From Adineta vaga (taxonomy: Eukaryota; Animalia; Rotifera): a stretch of 64,000 nt of DNA. This document shows positions 52,597-64,000 of this stretch, piece after piece. Within the stretch, counting starts at the first letter, position 1, and each line of letters starts with the position of its first letter. A model generated the notes under the pieces. It was not told the DNA's origin, made no database searches, and saw only the letters and a program-made list of their open reading frames with translations. The stretch is from contig CP075495.1 of the NCBI GenBank assembly GCA_021613535.1, positions 6,014,001 through 6,078,000 on the forward strand. Direction: 5' to 3'. A program made the position numbers and the translations under genes.

Positions 52597-54215
52597 ATGC
52601 AAACGGATCATAGAGTTCCAACAACAAATACAGCTGCAATGAGACAACAACAACATCGTAAACGATCATTTTCTGGTATTAATCCTCGAAAGCGTGATCG
52701 TCATGATCTTATCTGTGTTGTGTGTCATGCACCTGCAATGGGTAAATTATTTTAAGTTATTTTTATCCTTTAGTATACTTTTATTCTATTTCTATAGGTT
52801 ATAATTTTGATCAAATAACTTGCGAAAGTTGCAAAGCCTTTTTCCGTCGTAATGCATTGAATAATGCTGTAAGTTAGGTCATTTGTTAATGTTATCGATG
52901 ATATTCTTTTTCTTCATTAGGATAAATTTCAATGTCGATCCGGTACAAATGACTGTCTGATTACTCTGGATACACGAAAAGTATGTTTTTTGAAATAGTC
53001 AAATTTATAGACGTATGTCCATATATCTAAATAATCTTTGATTTTTATTAGAGATGCAAAGCCTGTCGATTAAAAAAATGCTTTGACAAAGGTTTACGTA
53101 AAGAATGGATCATGTCCGAAGAGGAAAAATTAAGTAAAAAACAAAAAATCGAAGATAATCGTCGTTTACGTGCAATGTCACAAAATGCTACGATGTTTAC
53201 ATTTACACCGTCAAGTTCACCATCGATGGTTCCCGAAACTGAAGGCTTTCATTCCCCTACTGATTATCAAAAACGTAAGATTTATTTTGAAGATGAAGGA
53301 ACAAATGATACAAAACAACATATTCATTTATTTGACGAAACAAATGATTCAGATGATATTAAACCAGCAGTTGATATCATACATGAAAACACCATACAAT
53401 CAAAACTATCTGTTTCTGATTATAAAAAATTATTAAATGAATCTGATTGTCTATTATTAACAAAAATCGAAGAAAATTATAATCGTGCTGTTCAATTAAA
53501 TATATCCGTTATACGTGGCTATCAATATCCATGTTTACGAAGTCTCAAAGATGTTACGGATCTTGTTAATGAACCAGCTCAAATGAGTACTATACGAATG
53601 ATTACATTTTTTAAATTAACACCTGAATTTAATGTAAGATTGATTTAGTTTTCTTTATTTTTAAACATTGATTAAATTGTCATTTAGTGCTTACATGAAG
53701 ACGATCGTTTAATACTAGTTAAACATAATCTATTTTCTATATTGTATCTACATATTTGTATGTGTGTTGATGTTGAAACACAAATCTACTGTGAACCAAA
53801 TACAACAAATGACTTTTGTTATCATGCAAGTGAATTACGTCGTTATTCGGATGAAATATTTCACGGAACAATGGCATTGATAAGCGAAGTTCAAGATATA
53901 TGTTCTAATGATCATTTAATTGTTAAATTAATCATGTTAATTATGATCTTTTCAAAAGGAACCGATTCAAATGAACCAACATTACTTGAACCGCAGAAAA
54001 TCCTTCAAGCACAAAATCTTTTCATTGAGCTACTTTGGAAATATCTTGATGTACGTTTTGGAAGTGATTTAATACCAATAATTTATACTCGTCTCATATT
54101 TGCCTGTATGAAAGGACAAAATCTGGGACGAAAAACTAAAGAAGCAGTAGCAAATCAAGATATTAATAACGAACAACTTGCGCCATTAATGCAGTCGGTT
54201 TTATTAAATTCCTAG
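52597..54215 (+). CDS. Nuclear receptor, NR1J/HR96-DAF-12-like, copy 4
   Basis: ATG at 52597; CVVCHAPAMG|YNFDQITCESCKAFFRRNAL, then RK|RCKACRLKKCFDKGLRKEWIM. The LBD is split by an intron after PEFN and ends QLAPLMQSVLLNS*. Confidence 0.92.
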
Positions 54216-54549
54216 TGACTACTTGATTGTCGTTTTTCTTTTTGCTTATAAGTATATTTAATAGTTATTTTTTTCTGTTTTCTTTTGTGTGTTTTCAAAA
54301 AAAGAAACATATCATCGAAAAACAAAAACAACAATAACAACAACAACAGTAGAAATAAATATCATCAAACAGTAGATCTGCAGTTAAAAAAGAATCTTCA
54401 TTACTAATTTTACATATAAGAAAAATCTCATTTTTGGATGAGCGCTTTGATTTAGATAATGGAAACTATATCCTGTTGTTAAGACTAATAGCTTTTGTTT
54501 TATATTAAAAATAATAATGAATAGAAATGAATGACTTCAAATAGTACAT

Positions 54550-56515
54550 ATGGTACAAGACATTGAACAAACATGGCGTCGCCGAGTTTTGTGTAACATC
54601 CAATCAGGTGTTCGTGTTAAAATGCCACCTAAACATTCGATTTATGTTCGATCAGATCAACGATACTCAACTAATCATATGCAATCAACGTTGAAACGTT
54701 TACAGATTGAATCAGAAAGATCAAAATTAAGTCAAAAATCTTCTGTAATGTTTCCTAATTTAAATAAGATGGAACTGTTTTTAAATAATGATTTCTTTGA
54801 ATAGAATCACTCGAAACGTGAACATTATCTGATAAGTACTGGTATTCAAACAATCATAATTCCGAAAATTGATCAACAAATATTATGTACTATTATGAAA
54901 TCAACGAGACAAAATCGAAAATATCAATCTTCATCATCAGAAACTTCAAGTTCGAACGAATATTCGAATCAGACAGATGATATTTCAAATGAAACATCAA
55001 TCGCTAGTAATAACGATCATAAGAGGAGATACCATCGAAATACTAAACGCAAATATCAATAGTATGAAAGCGAAAGAAAAACATATCGACATCGAACAAT
55101 TCAATATAGATAAAGTCTCGGAGATCTATTGCCGAATAAAATATCTTTCTTGATTACAATATGATACTTATAGGATAATGAGCGAACAGCAGACAACACT
55201 TCTAAGAATGATCAATGTTATTCTCAATCAATTCTGTCAGGAAGAAAAGCGTTTTTTCATCCTCTACTGAAGTTATTTTCCATTTTTCGATCATCAGCAT
55301 TTAAACATGATCAGATTTGTTTATCAACAAATAATAGTGCAATTCCACTCACCTCAAGTGATCATCATACCGTCAGCAAGAATACTATCCAAACACCAAA
55401 ATCTCGTTGTCGAAGATCAAATGAAACCTATATTCAAAAACAATTCGATAAAATTTCGCATTTAGAACAAAAGACTTCCCAACCTGCTATTTCCTATAAA
55501 TCTCCATCAATTCAAGAACAAGACACGCAAAGTATATCACAATTACTCACTTTTAAGTCCTATATAGATTATGATTTTTAAATAGCTAAGAATGATTCTC
55601 ACATTCATCACCGAAAAACTCGTTTGCATCGATCTCAAGAGAAAAAACATCGAAAACTTTCTGAATTATCAATTTCTTGTGAAGATCAATCCAAAGTACT
55701 TGCTCAAAAAAGTAAGTTCATCAACGATTTGATCAAAACTGCCATTGATATGTACATCATTTCTAGATTCGAAATCATCTATTGGTAATATAAATGATTG
55801 GGACAAAATCTCATCCATCTCATAAAAAATCTGAACAATTTATCGAAAACAGTTTAACTCGAAATACCATTTTTTCTCCAAAGGTTTAAACGAGTAGAAA
55901 ATAGGCCAGAAATCTGATATTTCATAGTAATAATAAATTCTTCTTCTGTAGAATGTATCTTCACCACTTCGTTCTATTCAGAAATATTCAACATTGCCAC
56001 TTTCTACAAAACAGAATGTCTGTGGAGCGAATGCAATTCATCTTTACGTTAGAAATAATCTAGTTAATGAATATAAATCACGTCTTTCACAAACCAGAAA
56101 TCTACATTTTAATAATAATTCTCTCGATGATAATGATGATCTAAAGATGAATACTTGGAGGGAGAAACGAATTGTCAAAGTAATGATATACTTCGTGCAT
56201 ATTATGACTAATTTATCTTTTCCTTTTTTATAGACAAGAAAAAATTCACGTGTATCAATTGTTTCATCAGACAGTCAATCAATATCAACGGATAATGGTT
56301 CGAAAAATATACATCGATTATTTCAAGGACAAAATGAAATAATTCGTGAAGGCATTGATCAATTACTACGCTATCAAAACTTTGCTAAATCGTATCAATT
56401 ACAGAGTAATAAAGTAGTTCATGAATTTTTAATGAAATCAAATATTTCATCTACTAAATCTCTCCATAAATTATCGATTGAAAATGAACCACATCAAAAT
56501 CACAAATTAAACTAA
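54550..56515 (+). CDS. Uncharacterised Ser/Lys/Arg-rich multi-exon gene, possibly disrupted
   Basis: Several coding-like exons are bounded by GT/AG, and the last (56234-56515) ends in TAA. In-frame stops at about 55060 and 55111 are not cleanly removed by obvious splicing. No recognisable domain. Confidence 0.45.
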
Positions 56516-56791
56516 ATCGATTCTTTACTTTCAATTTCTCTTATCATCCAGTCTGTTCAAGGTAATGCGCAGAAAAGAAAGAACGATTCTATATAGTCAT
56601 ATAATATGGATAGATATTTATTCGTATTTAATCGACGAAGAATAAATAGAAGCTATAAATAGTGCATGTACCAAGTGACTTTTTATTTTCGAACTTTGTA
56701 CTAATCGTTCTGTTGGAATTATTTTTATGCGCAAATTTGCTATATCAAAAGTATTTACTCATATTTACTAGTAGAAAAAGAATGATTTATT

Positions 56792-57157
56792 CTAAAATTT
56801 ATTTTGAGCTCTAAATCGAAATGTATTAACAACATTAATTAAAACACTAATAACAAAAAGGAAGAAAACGGAAGCAATTGTAAAGATAAATATGACAATA
56901 TAACAACGACGTTGATCTTTTTTCTTTCTTATTTGTAAAAGTTCATAGAAATCGGAATCACTTTTTTCTATATTTGTCTGTGTTTGATAGATCGATTTAT
57001 CGATTTCTTCCATATGAACTTGTTGTTCATCGAATGTTGAATATAAATATCGATATAATTCTTCAATTTTATTTAAATTTTGTTGTAATTTAAGAATTTC
57101 ATCACGTGCTTCATAGATTTCTTCGGATATATATTGATCACTTAATTGAAATTGCAT
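56792..57157 (-). CDS. Minimal syntaxin-like Qa-SNARE (SNARE motif plus transmembrane anchor), intronless, 121 aa
   Basis: EARDEILKLQQNLNKIEELYRYLYSTFDEQQVHMEEIDKSI aligns by eye to the syntaxin H3 helix (R.dEI.kLe.si.el.dmF..la.lve.Qge.idrIe). It is followed by basic RKKKDQRR and a long hydrophobic segment. Confidence 0.7.
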   Translation of the reverse strand: MQFQLSDQYISEEIYEARDEILKLQQNLNKIEELYRYLYSTFDEQQVHMEEIDKSIYQTQTNIEKSDSDFYELLQIRKKKDQRRCYIVIFIFTIASVFFLFVISVLINVVNTFRFRAQNKF

Positions 57158-58786
57158 CGAGACATGAAATTGAAATCATATTTAAACTAAGATGATAAAC
57201 ATTAAATTAATTTACAGCGCGATTTAAGTTTTTTTGTTTTTTTTTTTAATATTTGATTATGATTTTATTGTCATCGATGATCCTTATCGTCATACAATTG
57301 AGAAAAGCAATAAAGTAGTCGTCCTTTCAAAACTAGATAACATTTTCATATCTCTTCCGATCGTAGTAAATCGTAATTGTCGATATTTCATACGTTCGAC
57401 GGCATAAATTTATTCATAGAATTCTCAATCATATAAAAAGAAACTAATCAAATTAATCGGATAATGGTCGAAATAAGAAAGACGAGATTGTTTTGAAGGT
57501 TACATACATCTTTCTATGTGCATCACTGCATCATAGACGTAGAAACTTAATTTTTCAAAAATAAGATTTAATGAATCTTAATCATGCATCGACTTGTTTT
57601 TGGTTCGATTAGTTACGCATTGCTACATCAATAGATGAGGACTTAAAAATTGATCTAAAATGTTCGATATAATAAATAACAATCCTTTCTTATTTCTGTT
57701 GACATCATATAGATTTTGATTCTTTATTCTTCATTGATTATTTACACACTATATTTGATTTCCATGCATCGATTGAATATTGAGAAGAGATTTTCAACGA
57801 AATGAATTATTTATCATTGATACGTTTTCTCGATGTGACTAACATCATGATAATATTTCATATAGATAAGTTTTGTTTATTAATTCGTCTCCTTCGAATC
57901 GATGATTAGAAAGATAATTATTAGAACAAAATTCTCGGAACTATTTTCTGATAGATCACGAATCAAGATAATATTTGTAAATATATACCAATTCATTAAT
58001 ATATGTCATCACATATTTGTCCTAGAAATTATTCAGTTAATCCCCACGTTGATAAAATTCAACAAGAATAATGACGCACAATTTTTTAACCCTAGAAAAT
58101 ATCTTGAAATCTCTCGAGATCGATTTATATTCAGGTATAAAGAAATGCAAAGTATTCTTCGATCTTTTTCTTCTTCTTCTTCTTCTTCAAATACGAGTAT
58201 ATATGTATACATATATGTGTATAGAATATATTTATACAGATAAATAACATTGACTCGAATAACAGATACTAAAAAGTTGACGTTTGCATCAGTGAATGAG
58301 TGAGAGCGGAGATTCTAACACAGACAACACGGAAAAAAAGAATAAAAATGTTAGTGTAAACAATTTGTTATTCTCACTGCTCATCAAAAGCAAAGACTTA
58401 TGTTCGAAGGAAGATTACATTCAATATTGTTATACAAAAAAACAAACATATAAAATAAAAGACATTTGCCAACAGATCATGTAACTCTAAAGGTACATGG
58501 AAAGAAATGGGGGGAAAAGGTGGGATTGTGCAGACAAAGCAACAAAAAATTTCCAAAACCACACACACACACGTGTACGTACGGAACTAACCTGACAAGA
58601 CAACACACAAGGCAGTAAAATATTCTCTATTTCTTTTTTTGCACACATAAAAGAACAGAACAGAGAAAAAGAATTAGGAAGAAAATGAGAAAGAACTTGC
58701 AGATCTTCTGTAATGTCGTGAGATTAAAGCCGAATGAACAATTATAAAAAAATATAACGGATGCAATTTGTTTTCTTTTTTGAAAA

Positions 58787-61241
58787 TTAACTTTTCAGTA
58801 ATGTTTTCGCACGTTTATTAGCTCCTTCCAAACGCATTTGACTAATATCAGTCTAAACAAAAGAGAGAATAAACCCAATTATTACAAATATAAAAGATCT
58901 TACTTTAGCCTTGATACGATCAATTTGATTGTTTTGATTGGATATTTCATTACCCATATCGCATGCCATATTTCTTAGATTTCCAATCATTGTGCTTACT
59001 TGTTGAAGGTTATCTTCCATTTCATCTTCACGTGCATCATTTGTAATTCTAAATGATCGACTCTTTCTCTCTCTCTCTGTTTACTGAATAAACTTCGTTT
59101 TTTTCTCTTCTATTTACCTTTGAATATAACCCGAACCAGGGCCCATGCCATTCTGTGAAACAATTTGTCTTGGACCCGAAGAATTAACTTTTCCATCTTC
59201 ATTACCTTTGAATGTTTTACTGTATGCAGCACTTTTTTCCACATTTTTGGTTCTAAATAAGCAAAATATAAACAAGTTGTTCGATTGTTTAACGATGAAA
59301 AGTTGATTATTACCGTTTCCAAGGAAGAACGCATAGACCACAACATTTCTCAAGACCCTCAAGATTCTTTTCTGCATCACGCATTTCAGCGTTGATTCGG
59401 TCCATTCCTGAATCGATTGCATCGAGTTGTTCTAAAAAGTACATTGAAATTAAAAATTGTTCTCAGAAGAAAATCTAATTGGATTTTTTTTAAAGAAATT
59501 TTGACATAAATATCTGCAAGATTAGTTCCTTGCATGTCGAACGAAAGATTCATTAGGAAAAAATGGTAAGTCCCGAATTGATCTACAATAAGAAGTTTAT
59601 TTTCATATATCGTATTTTATTCTTTGGTCAATGTGTATTTATTCATCTTCGAGAAGTTTTCTTTGATTGAATAAATCTTTCATCAATTCAATATTTGTTT
59701 ATAGAAAATAACTCAAAGAATACTTTCCAACTTCTTATCCTAGACTATTTTTCTTTTCTTTCTACTTGAGTTAATAGCCTTATTATGTGACATAGGAAAG
59801 TATATCGTTATATATAGAAATCAATCTATTATCATAAAGAAAGAAAATCGTAATATTCAGTCTTTGTTTCGTCTATTTCAATCAATCACGTGCACAAGGG
59901 AATTGATGAAACTTGTTTTACGCCATTTCTATCGGAATTTTTTCTTAGTTTTTGAAATAAATCATACTTTGAATTACCGAAAGAAATCACTTTTCAATTA
60001 GTTAGAAGAAAACACTTGAAATCATAATTTAAAAGAAAATATTTTCTCAACATTTTCTTTTTCTTACCTCCTTGTTCATCGAGCATAACCAGCGTTCGTA
60101 TTCCAGCTTCTTTACTCTAAAAATTACGCAAATATTCATTTTAGTAATTGAATAAGTAATTCGTTACTTCTTCGCAAAGACCAAGCATACGACGAGTGGC
60201 TTCAAGTGACTAAATAAAAATAAAAAGAATATTTAATTAGTAACGAGTGCTTAAATAGAGTAGTTCAAATGAGAATATCTTAGAAAGAGATTACTTTGTA
60301 CCATAAAATCAGATAACTAAACGTCCACGATCATCCAGGGAGCATATGAACGTTTATATTTTTTTACCTCTAGACATTGAATACTAGTAAAAGTCTGTTT
60401 TCATTGGTTCTTTACATTTTTGGAAATACAAATCAATGTTGATCGTTGAAATTTCATTTCATTTTCGTTCTTTTTTTCTAGTATTCATCAATTAAATTAG
60501 TTGAATTTTTTTTCTTAACGAAAATAATCGTCTTTATTCCCCTTAGGAATGGCACTTGCAATAGATCCAGTCTTGATCAGTCTTCTGTCTGTAAGAGAAG
60601 CACATATTTCTGTCGTCTTGAATAATCAAACTTGTCACAAATAAAACCAAGAGATACAGAACAGGAACAAGAACAAGATGACACTATGCAATGTCTGATT
60701 ATTACAAAAACAAAATAATGGACTTTTTCTTTTCTTATTTCTAGATGAAAAATTGAACACATGAAGATTTGATCAAAGAAGAAGAAAGGTCTGATCTTTA
60801 AATATCATAATGATCAATGATTCTTTTCTATATTTTATCTTTTCAGATCGAAAGAGCAAAGGAAAAACTACTTCTCAGTTTTTTTCTTTCTTTTCTTCTT
60901 GTATTACTCTTCAACTCTATTCATCAATCATCGTATTGTATAAGGCATAGCGACGAACGAACGAACGAATGAACGAATGAGACGCATCTAACTAATCGAA
61001 TCGATTTCGCATTCATGAACGCAAAAAAACCTTAACGTCAGACATAGTCTGTCGTCAAGAAGAAAATAGAAAATTATAATTAAAAGTTATTATAGAAAAC
61101 GATGTTCAAAATGTTTTGTTTTACCTCATGAACACCCTGATCAATGGAAACCAAGATTTGTTCTTCTTCAGTCAGTATTCTTGGTGGTTCATTATTAGCT
61201 GGAGCCGTTTCAGCCGGCTTTGACGAAAACGGTAAAACCAT
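58787..61241 (-). CDS. SNAP25: Synaptosomal-associated protein 25 (Qbc-SNARE)
   Basis: Exons give [11 protein letters not shown]...E|[14 protein letters not shown]|[16 protein letters not shown]|[39 protein letters not shown]|...GYIQR|[45 protein letters not shown]...|...[11 protein letters not shown]. Confidence 0.97.
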
Positions 61242-64000
61242 GTTTTATATTTTTACGAAATATAATCAATGAGATGAAAAGAAGATCTTTTCAAAGATTA
61301 CTTTTACTTTCTCAATGTATCGTCTTTACATTTTCATACAGATGACAACCAATAAGAGTAATACAGGGCGGTAATATTGAATAATAATAAATAAAATTTT
61401 CTCTTTGATAAATAGCAAATCACTAGTTACTCACTGATTGCTACTTGGTGGACAGAAAAGAGAAAAGAGAAAGAGGAAATTTGGATTGCAAAGAAACAGA
61501 GAGAGAGAAAGAAAGAGTGGTGAACACAAGAATAAGCACGCTAACTTGCCGTTGTCTTCCTGTCGATTTATACTGAAGCAAAAGAAAGCACGGAGAACTA
61601 CGAGTGTTTTTTCATGAACAATGTCGAAAAAAAGAGAACGCGTAATAAGAAGAAATAGAGAAACGGGAAAGAGACAGAGAGGAAAAGAAGAGAAAAGAAA
61701 CAACAAAAACAACAATATTGAGTTCTTCATTTCCACAAAATCGCCATCAAGATAATGCTAAGACATACATAAGGACAGCGAGAGAGAAGAAGAAGCAGAA
61801 GAAACAAGAAAAGATGACAAAAAGTTGAAGATTGATAGTTTATTACTCTTGTTCTTTCTTTTCTTCATATATATATATATATATATAAAAGAAAAAGTCA
61901 ACCATCATTCGATTGAACTCATTATTAGAAATCTCTTATTTGCAATCATAATTCAAACAGTCAATATTACTATTTCAATTAATTATAAATTTCCACCATA
62001 AAGAAGACAGAATGTTTCATTTATTTCTTGACTATATGAACGAGTCGATTACATATAAAAGTCGTTTCCAATTCGAGCAGGTTGATGCATCATTAAAAAT
62101 ACTACTGGAGACTCTTTCTTTTTTTGCTTCGTATGCGTGTGTAATTCTTGTCGTAGACAAAAAAAACAGGTCTCAAAGGAGAATGCAAGAACTCCTAGAC
62201 TGATTATTATCCTGATCGAATTTTAGTAACAATAGACAAAAAAAAATAATGACAAGTGCACAAAATCGTGCACGTTGACACGTATATATACAAAGAAAAA
62301 CTCCGTTTTACATAAACGGATGTTATAGATTGACAAGGGTCAGCATCCTTTGTAGACAATAGAACGAAGAGAGATTGCTGTCAATGACAAAAAAATAATA
62401 ATAAGCAATTCTAAATTGTGTGGTCGAAACCAAGAAACAAAAAATATGCCTCCGGCTTATAGTCTCCTCTATTTTTTGCTACTATTCTCATTACTCGTCC
62501 TATCCATCTACGCAATCAATTAGAGAGAAAAAAACAATTGTGAAAAACAAACCACTTACTTCATTCGTTGTTTGGTTCATCTGTGTCTGAATACCAGATA
62601 ATTCAGTCGGCATTACTTCGTCAGTCATTTTCGAGGAGTTTTAGAAGAGGTGCGTAGTTGTATGAAGTAAATGTTTGTATATTGTTATCTAGTGGCTTTT
62701 CTCGAAGAATTTAAGCCAATCTGAAGAAGAATAAAATCGCATCGAATAGGTGAGAAACTATCACAGGTAAATAGCAGAAAAAAAACAATACTATTTTATT
62801 TCATCTAGATTTTTGTTTGGAATTTATAGAAGAAAAAAAGCAGAAGAAAAAAAAGCAGATAATTATTGTGGCCGACGGCAATACTAGCTTCGAAGATGGA
62901 ATGCACTAGCATCGATCTAAAAGGATGATGATGAGATGGTCGTACGAGTGTTTATTTTTGTTAGATTTGTTGACTAATGAATTGTTTCTCACTATTGGTT
63001 TTTATTTTGAACAAATCTTTAAGGATTCTTTTACCTCTACTTATATTTATAACTGTTAAGTTCAACGAGAGAATTTCTCAAGATTTGCTATGAAGGAGGT
63101 TATCTATTAATAATTTGATTGACTTGTTCATAAAACGATAGATGACGCTGCTTGATGGAAAACTACAATTGAAAATTTTCTTTTCATTAACATAAGTATC
63201 GGCTTTGCAGACATAAATACTGTAAGTCGGTTTTAAAAAAAATATACATAAAAGAACTCTATAGAAAAGAAGTCACAATCAACCTACGTTGAATCCTCCA
63301 TTTATTCTTAATAATTCAAAATATTATTAGATATGTCGATTTTTCTAAAGCATTTCTTTTGCTTTTTTTTCATTTTGAAAGAATATAATCTTCGTTTTCT
63401 TTCAAAAGGAACAAATGATTCGATGATCAAATTTTCTTGTGCGTGACTTTTTCGACATTCTTCATAATGCATCAGTTTTCTTCCTACATGTAATTGAGTT
63501 TTCTACGTCACTTTCTATCGTTTTTCATATCTATATTTGATTCAGAATGAAAAAGAAAACGAGCATAGCAATATGTTGCTTATCCTTTAGAACCAAAGAA
63601 AACATTCTTTTCCTATTATTTTTCATATCGGGTAAGATATTAGTTAAAGTATAGCCGTTAAACCATATTAAAAGAAAACAAAAACCCTTTCTTAAGCTTT
63701 TTATTATGACAAATCGATTCGAAAGAAAAAGCAAATTCTTTTCTATAGAATTTATTCAAACAAGAAGAAAAAAGAAATGGAACTATGAACATAATTAAAC
63801 ATCCAGACGTTTTTCACATTGATTTCCAGTGAATTTATTTCGACATAAACATGCGACTTTATTTCCTCGTGCCACGCATGTACCACCGTTTGTACATGGG
63901 TTCGGAAAACAAGGATGAACACCTAGAATTAAATTTTAAATGAAACAGAAAATGCTTTTCAAATATATTTATCTTACGAGTTTCGCAAAAAAGGCCAGTA

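Noticed and set aside
60366-60396. Possible 27-nt in-frame micro-exon in SNAP-25 intron 1
   Set aside because: AG/GT boundaries exist, but the acceptor lacks a pyrimidine tract and the peptide has no support.
61300-64000. Short F/L/I-rich ORFs (61431-61736, 62012-62203, 63531-63734) and similar ones elsewhere
   Set aside because: Translations of CT/GA-rich UTR or intergenic DNA, with no domain or exon structure.

Overview
This is AT-rich animal genomic DNA with dense multi-exon genes and mostly very short (about 45-70 nt) GT-AG introns. That architecture and the gene content suggest a bdelloid rotifer, which is an inference and not proven. The ORF track mostly shows exon fragments and antisense shadows, so I rebuilt genes by hand from splice sites; CDS spans below include introns. 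In order, the window holds: a coiled-coil gene (3' end cut by the window edge), PRC1/Ase1, a trachealess/NPAS1-3 bHLH-PAS gene, an SLC7 cationic amino-acid transporter, three paralogous Gly/Pro/Tyr/Gln-rich repeat genes, a secreted Cys-rich peptide precursor, an intronless CYTH-like ORF, FoxJ2/3, ARL14EP, four tandem NR1J/HR96-type nuclear receptors, an uncharacterised Ser-rich gene, a minimal intronless syntaxin-like SNARE, and SNAP-25. The best candidate for an undescribed system is the 20.3-30.8 kb three-gene cluster. Its proteins lack signal peptides, share an MGN-x-x-x-R N-terminus and short conserved motifs, carry different glycine-loop repeats, and two end in a Cys-cluster tail. One member has an array of duplicated symmetric micro-exons. 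It resembles a lipid-anchored, intracellular structural or barrier protein system. Other leads are the AF-2 Glu-to-Ser change in all four receptors, a horizontal-transfer candidate, an eclosion-hormone-like cysteine frame, and a Habc-less syntaxin beside SNAP-25.
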